DNA from: Flavobacteriales bacterium
Lineage (GTDB): Bacteria; Bacteroidota; Bacteroidia; Flavobacteriales_D; Sanyastnellaceae
DNA: 55,778 nucleotides
Assembly: GCA_030828175.1 (NCBI GenBank)
Contig: JAURDB010000001.1
Coordinates: 1 to 55,778, forward strand
Direction of reading: 5' to 3'
The notes under the pieces were generated by a model that was given only the letters and a program-made list of their open reading frames with translations, searched no databases and was not told the DNA's origin. Both the position numbers and the translations under genes were made by a program. Positions within the stretch are counted from its first letter, which is position 1. Each line of letters starts with the position of its first letter. This document shows, one piece after another, positions 52,362 through 55,778 of the stretch.

Positions 52362-53098
52362 CGGCAGGAATCACATTGGTGCTCATCGCCCTCATGGGGG
52401 GCTGGATGGGGGAGTGGGTGGGTGACCGGTTCAACAGGCACATGCCCTTGGTCCTGTCCTTTGGAGGTGCTTTTCTTTTGGGCCTTTGCTTTCTCCATCT
52501 CCTTCCCGAAGCGTTCAGCATGAATTTCCATGCTGGACAATGGGTCATCGCAGGCTTTCTGATCCAGATTGGCCTCGAGTTCCTGAGCAAGGGCATGGAA
52601 CACGGACACGTTCATGGAAACCGCTTCGGGCTCATCGCCTTCATCAGCTTGTGCCTGCATGCCTTGATTGAAGCCATGCCCTTCGGCTTGGGGGACATCG
52701 CTGAAGCCGCCGGACACCATCACCATCACGGCGAACACGTCCACAACCACCATACTGGGGGCGGGACATTGCCATTGCTCGTGGGCATATCCCTGCACAA
52801 ATTGCCGGTAGCGCTCGCGCTGATGACCATTCTCAAAGCCACCGTGAAATCAGCAGTGCGCAGGTGGGCATGGCTCATTGTCTTTGCCTTGATTCCCGTC
52901 GCGGGAATGGGCATTGCATCCAGTCTCCCGCAAAATCAAGCGGTTTTCGGCGCACTGAATGGCATCCTCGTGGGAATCCTGCTTCACATCTCCACCACGA
53001 TTCTATTTGAAACAGCGGACGGCCATGACTTCAATGCCCGGAAGCTCTTGACGGTCCTCGCAGGCCTTTTGATGGCATTCATAGCCAACCCACATTGA
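52358..53098 (+). CDS. ZIP-family divalent metal transporter with His-rich loop
   Basis: The ORF is 52310..53098. The start is at 52358, an ATGA overlap with the methyltransferase stop. The protein is polytopic. It has a central loop AAGHHHHHGEHVHNHHTGG, plus FLHLLPEAF and LHKLPVALAL helices. Confidence 0.65.
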   Translation: MTAGITLVLIALMGGWMGEWVGDRFNRHMPLVLSFGGAFLLGLCFLHLLPEAFSMNFHAGQWVIAGFLIQIGLEFLSKGMEHGHVHGNRFGLIAFISLCLHALIEAMPFGLGDIAEAAGHHHHHGEHVHNHHTGGGTLPLLVGISLHKLPVALALMTILKATVKSAVRRWAWLIVFALIPVAGMGIASSLPQNQAVFGALNGILVGILLHISTTILFETADGHDFNARKLLTVLAGLLMAFIANPH

Positions 53099-53258
53099 GT
53101 TTATTGTAACCCTTCTGGAGTTCGGCGCGTATCGTGGGCCAAAGCTTGCCCCATGAAGCGCTTTCGCATCCGCATTACCATCAAAAAGTTCGAGCGCATT
53201 GAACTCAGCGCAGACCGCTTCGGGTTCGAACTGTTCGAACACTGTTTGAACTGAATGC

Positions 53259-54131
53259 TTAGAAAAGGCGAGAAAGCACTCCTTTCGCTTTTTCGAGCGC
53301 CTCGACGTTCCACTGCTTTTTCTGTCCGCCCCATTTGGGTGGAGCATCCATCAAAATTTCGGTCGGAAGATTGCCCACGAGCTCGTCTTTCGCCATGGGG
53401 CAACCTCCCCAGCCCCCGAGTGCACCGTCAAAGTGCCGGCACCCTCCCCGCCAGGCCGCTGCCATCAATGCTTCTGCATGCTCTTTTCTGCCGTGCAAGT
53501 GAGCGCCTACCTCAAGAAGGGGTGCCGATTGATTCACCATGGCGCAAACGGACGCTATGACATCAGGTCGTCCAGCGCCCACGGTGTCGCTCAAGGCCAA
53601 ACGGCCTACGCCCAATTCGGAATGCAATCGAAGCGCCCATTCCGCAGCATGTTCAGGTGACCAAGGATCTCCATAAGGGTTGCCAAAACCCATGCTGAGA
53701 TAGACCACCATCCCTTTGCCCGCAGCCTCCACTGCATGGCTCATCTGTTCCAACCGACGCCATCCCTCTTCGATGCCGCCGCCGGTATTTCTCTGCTGGA
53801 AAGTCTCAGAAATGGAAAAGGGAAAACCAATCAGATCTGCGCGTCCGTGATCCAGGGCTTCCATACAGCCCCTTTCATTGGCCACAATGGCCAACACCTT
53901 CGTTTCCGTTTCAGGCAAAGCCGAAAGCACCAGGGGCGTATCCGCCATCTGGGGAACCGCCCGGGGCGAAACGAAACTGCCTGCATCGAGGACGTCGAAA
54001 CCCACCTCCATCAGCAGGGAGAGGTACTCCACCTTCCTTTCGGTAGGAATGAAAGGGGATACGCCCTGCATCGCATCCCTCGGACAATCGGTCAGGAACC
54101 AAGGGTCAGCACGTGGCTCAACATCATTCAT
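53259..54131 (-). CDS. Hydroxymethylglutaryl-CoA lyase
   Basis: The ORF is 53259..54167. The start is probably 54131. It has the HMGL-like motif LTDCPRDAMQG, then DAGSFVSPRAVPQMADT and VGAHLHGR. Confidence 0.85.
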   Translation of the reverse strand: MNDVEPRADPWFLTDCPRDAMQGVSPFIPTERKVEYLSLLMEVGFDVLDAGSFVSPRAVPQMADTPLVLSALPETETKVLAIVANERGCMEALDHGRADLIGFPFSISETFQQRNTGGGIEEGWRRLEQMSHAVEAAGKGMVVYLSMGFGNPYGDPWSPEHAAEWALRLHSELGVGRLALSDTVGAGRPDVIASVCAMVNQSAPLLEVGAHLHGRKEHAEALMAAAWRGGCRHFDGALGGWGGCPMAKDELVGNLPTEILMDAPPKWGGQKKQWNVEALEKAKGVLSRLF

Positions 54132-54232
54132 GAAGCAAAGATTGGACAAAATGAAACCCGATGACACAGGGCATCGTATCCCGTCCTGACGCCATGCAAG
54201 GCACGATCACAACGCAATTCAATCCACGCAAC

Positions 54233-54487
54233 ATGGACCTCCGAACATTCAATCGACTGCCCCTCGACGAAAAGACGAATTACATGTGGGACCACGGCAA
54301 CTGCATCTCGCAACGCTTGGTCGAAAACCGATACATTCTCTGCATTTTCGAGATCAATGGATTCTATGTGGAGGCCATCTACAGCAAACAAAACAACCGG
54401 GTCAACGCCATTTTGCCCATCATGGGCATGGAGGCTTGGGAGGCTTATGTGGATCGGGTAATCCGCAATGTTTCCGAGATGAACTGA
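54233..54487 (+). CDS. Hypothetical small protein
   Basis: The ORF is 54161..54487. A start at 54233 (MDLRTFNRLPLDEKTNYMWDHG...) leaves a ~100-nt divergent spacer to the HMG-CoA lyase gene. I recognise no family. Confidence 0.4.
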   Translation: MDLRTFNRLPLDEKTNYMWDHGNCISQRLVENRYILCIFEINGFYVEAIYSKQNNRVNAILPIMGMEAWEAYVDRVIRNVSEMN

Positions 54488-55778
54488 CCCAGGACCAGCT
54501 CCTGTCCTGACCTCTGTATCTCAGCTCGTTCTGAGAAAAGGCCAGCCTGGTTCCACACCACTGGGCGCATTCCGGTGAATCATGGGAAACCCGTTCCAGC
54601 ATGGAGCGGGTTTCCCATTTCAAGTACCCCCTTGGGTGATTGGGAAAGACCACCCAGGACGCCCCGTCAAAAGACAACACGCACTGATTCAAAGCAAATT
54701 GTCGGGGTGCCTGCTCCACAAAATGCTGATGCCTGAGAAGAGCGCAAGCCGTGAGGGTCCCTGCTGCCAAATACAGAAACGCCCCACGTCGGCGAAGGGC
54801 CAAGAATGCCCCTAGCGCCACGCAAGCACCTGCTGATTTTACGGATTCGGCTCCCAACGGAAGCAGAAACACCGGTCCATCACCGGCCTTTTGCGCGCAT
54901 TGGATCAGAAGATCGGTGGCACCGATCAAGAGCGCTTGCATGGGCTCGGAAAATGGAGGCGGCACAACCCACCATACTGCGGTCATTCCGGCAAGGACCG
55001 TGACCCAAGGAGCCGCCACGAGATTGGCAGGTAAAAACAGCCACGGAATCTTTCCGAAAGCATCCCATGCAATGGGCGCTGTATACGCGGTGGCGACAAC
55101 GGGGACCGCTGCGGCCATCCACAATCCATTCACCCACTTAGACTTCGACTTCACCCGGATGGACCGGGCATGCAAGGAAAGAATCCCAGCTGTTGCCAAG
55201 AAACTCAGAGAAACGCCCAAATCATGAACCAAGTGAGGCGAAACCGCCCACATGCAAATCCCGACAAAAGCCAGAACGGTCATAGCATGGGGGCGCCTTC
55301 CCCGGGAAAGCCCCCATGATGCCAAGGTCGCCATCCCCAAGGCCCTCACCGCAGACTGGGGAAAGCCACACAAGCCCACGAAAAGCCACAAAATGGGCAC
55401 GAGAATCCAGGGCGTCCAACGGCGCGAAATGCCCAGCCCACGGAGAAGCAACAGAAGGAATCCCGCAACAAGCCCGGTGTGAAAACCCGAAACCGCCGTC
55501 ATGTGCCCCAAACCCAAATCAGCAAAGGTCTTTCGCAGGGGGCGGGACATGGAAGACCGATCTCCAGAAGCCAAGGCGATGATCAACGCCCGGGCATCCC
55601 CCTCCGGCAACCCGCAATACCGATCCAGCATGGCATCCCGAAGCTGCTGGATGCGATAGCGAACCTGGCCTGGGACCGAACGGGGAGGGGAAGGCTCTCC
55701 CATCCACAGTGTCTCACATTTGAATCGGATTCCTCTTCCTTGCAGGAATCGCCGTTCATCGAAGCCAAAGGCGTACAG
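54420..55778 (-). CDS. comEC: ComEC/Rec2 family competence channel protein, partial (N-terminus lies beyond the window edge)
   Basis: The track lists 54420..55703, but the frame stays open to 55778 (LYAFGFDERRFLQGRGIRFKCETLW-MGEPS...). The FDxRRxLxxxGI pattern and the polytopic competence domain (LGLGHMTAVSGFHTGLVAGFLL) are ComEC hallmarks. Confidence 0.8.
   Translation of the reverse strand: MYAFGFDERRFLQGRGIRFKCETLWMGEPSPPRSVPGQVRYRIQQLRDAMLDRYCGLPEGDARALIIALASGDRSSMSRPLRKTFADLGLGHMTAVSGFHTGLVAGFLLLLLRGLGISRRWTPWILVPILWLFVGLCGFPQSAVRALGMATLASWGLSRGRRPHAMTVLAFVGICMWAVSPHLVHDLGVSLSFLATAGILSLHARSIRVKSKSKWVNGLWMAAAVPVVATAYTAPIAWDAFGKIPWLFLPANLVAAPWVTVLAGMTAVWWVVPPPFSEPMQALLIGATDLLIQCAQKAGDGPVFLLPLGAESVKSAGACVALGAFLALRRRGAFLYLAAGTLTACALLRHQHFVEQAPRQFALNQCVLSFDGASWVVFPNHPRGYLKWETRSMLERVSHDSPECAQWCGTRLAFSQNELRYRGQDRSWSWVSSSRKHCGLPDPHKPPKPPCP

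Overview
This is a chromosomal segment from a Bacteroidota-type genome. The supporting evidence is a short, roughly 289-aa primary sigma factor, T9SS C-terminal sorting domains, a CarboxypepD_reg-type TonB-dependent receptor paired with a small lipoprotein, and TAnnTTTG -7 boxes. I saw no rRNA, CRISPR array, transposase or integrase. Housekeeping content includes tRNA-Pro(CGG), a pheA-aminotransferase-DAHP synthase/chorismate mutase operon, yebC-like, rluA-like, thiolase, 3-hydroxyacyl-CoA dehydrogenase, HMG-CoA lyase, a DEAD-box helicase, a TrmH methyltransferase, an Omp85 protein, accD, rpsO-pnp, rpoD, an alkA-like glycosylase, an ABCG-type transporter, a ZIP transporter and comEC. The standout is an accessory surface-protein island at about 11.1-22.7 kb. 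It encodes four adjacent secreted proteins, two of them giants of 1518 aa and about 978 aa. They are built from shared parts: beta-helix or BNR-propeller heads, long arrays of a 23-27-aa cysteine-framed module (GCTDxxACNYDxxAxxDDGSC), TSP3-like Asp-rich spacers, and an extreme C-terminal, cysteine-framed double dockerin-like tail. The same tail ends two further secreted proteins elsewhere in the window (27.8 kb and 33.5 kb). In a tandem paralogue pair of PHM-like copper monooxygenases, this tail precisely replaces a canonical T9SS C-terminal domain, which suggests it is an alternative sorting or anchoring module. Other points of interest are CxxCH-PHM-like monooxygenases flanking a redoxin, a symporter / sugar-1-kinase / nucleotidyltransferase salvage operon, and an orphan SiaB/SiaC-like partner-switch pair. 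All calls come from reading the sequence and the ORF translations. No database search was run.
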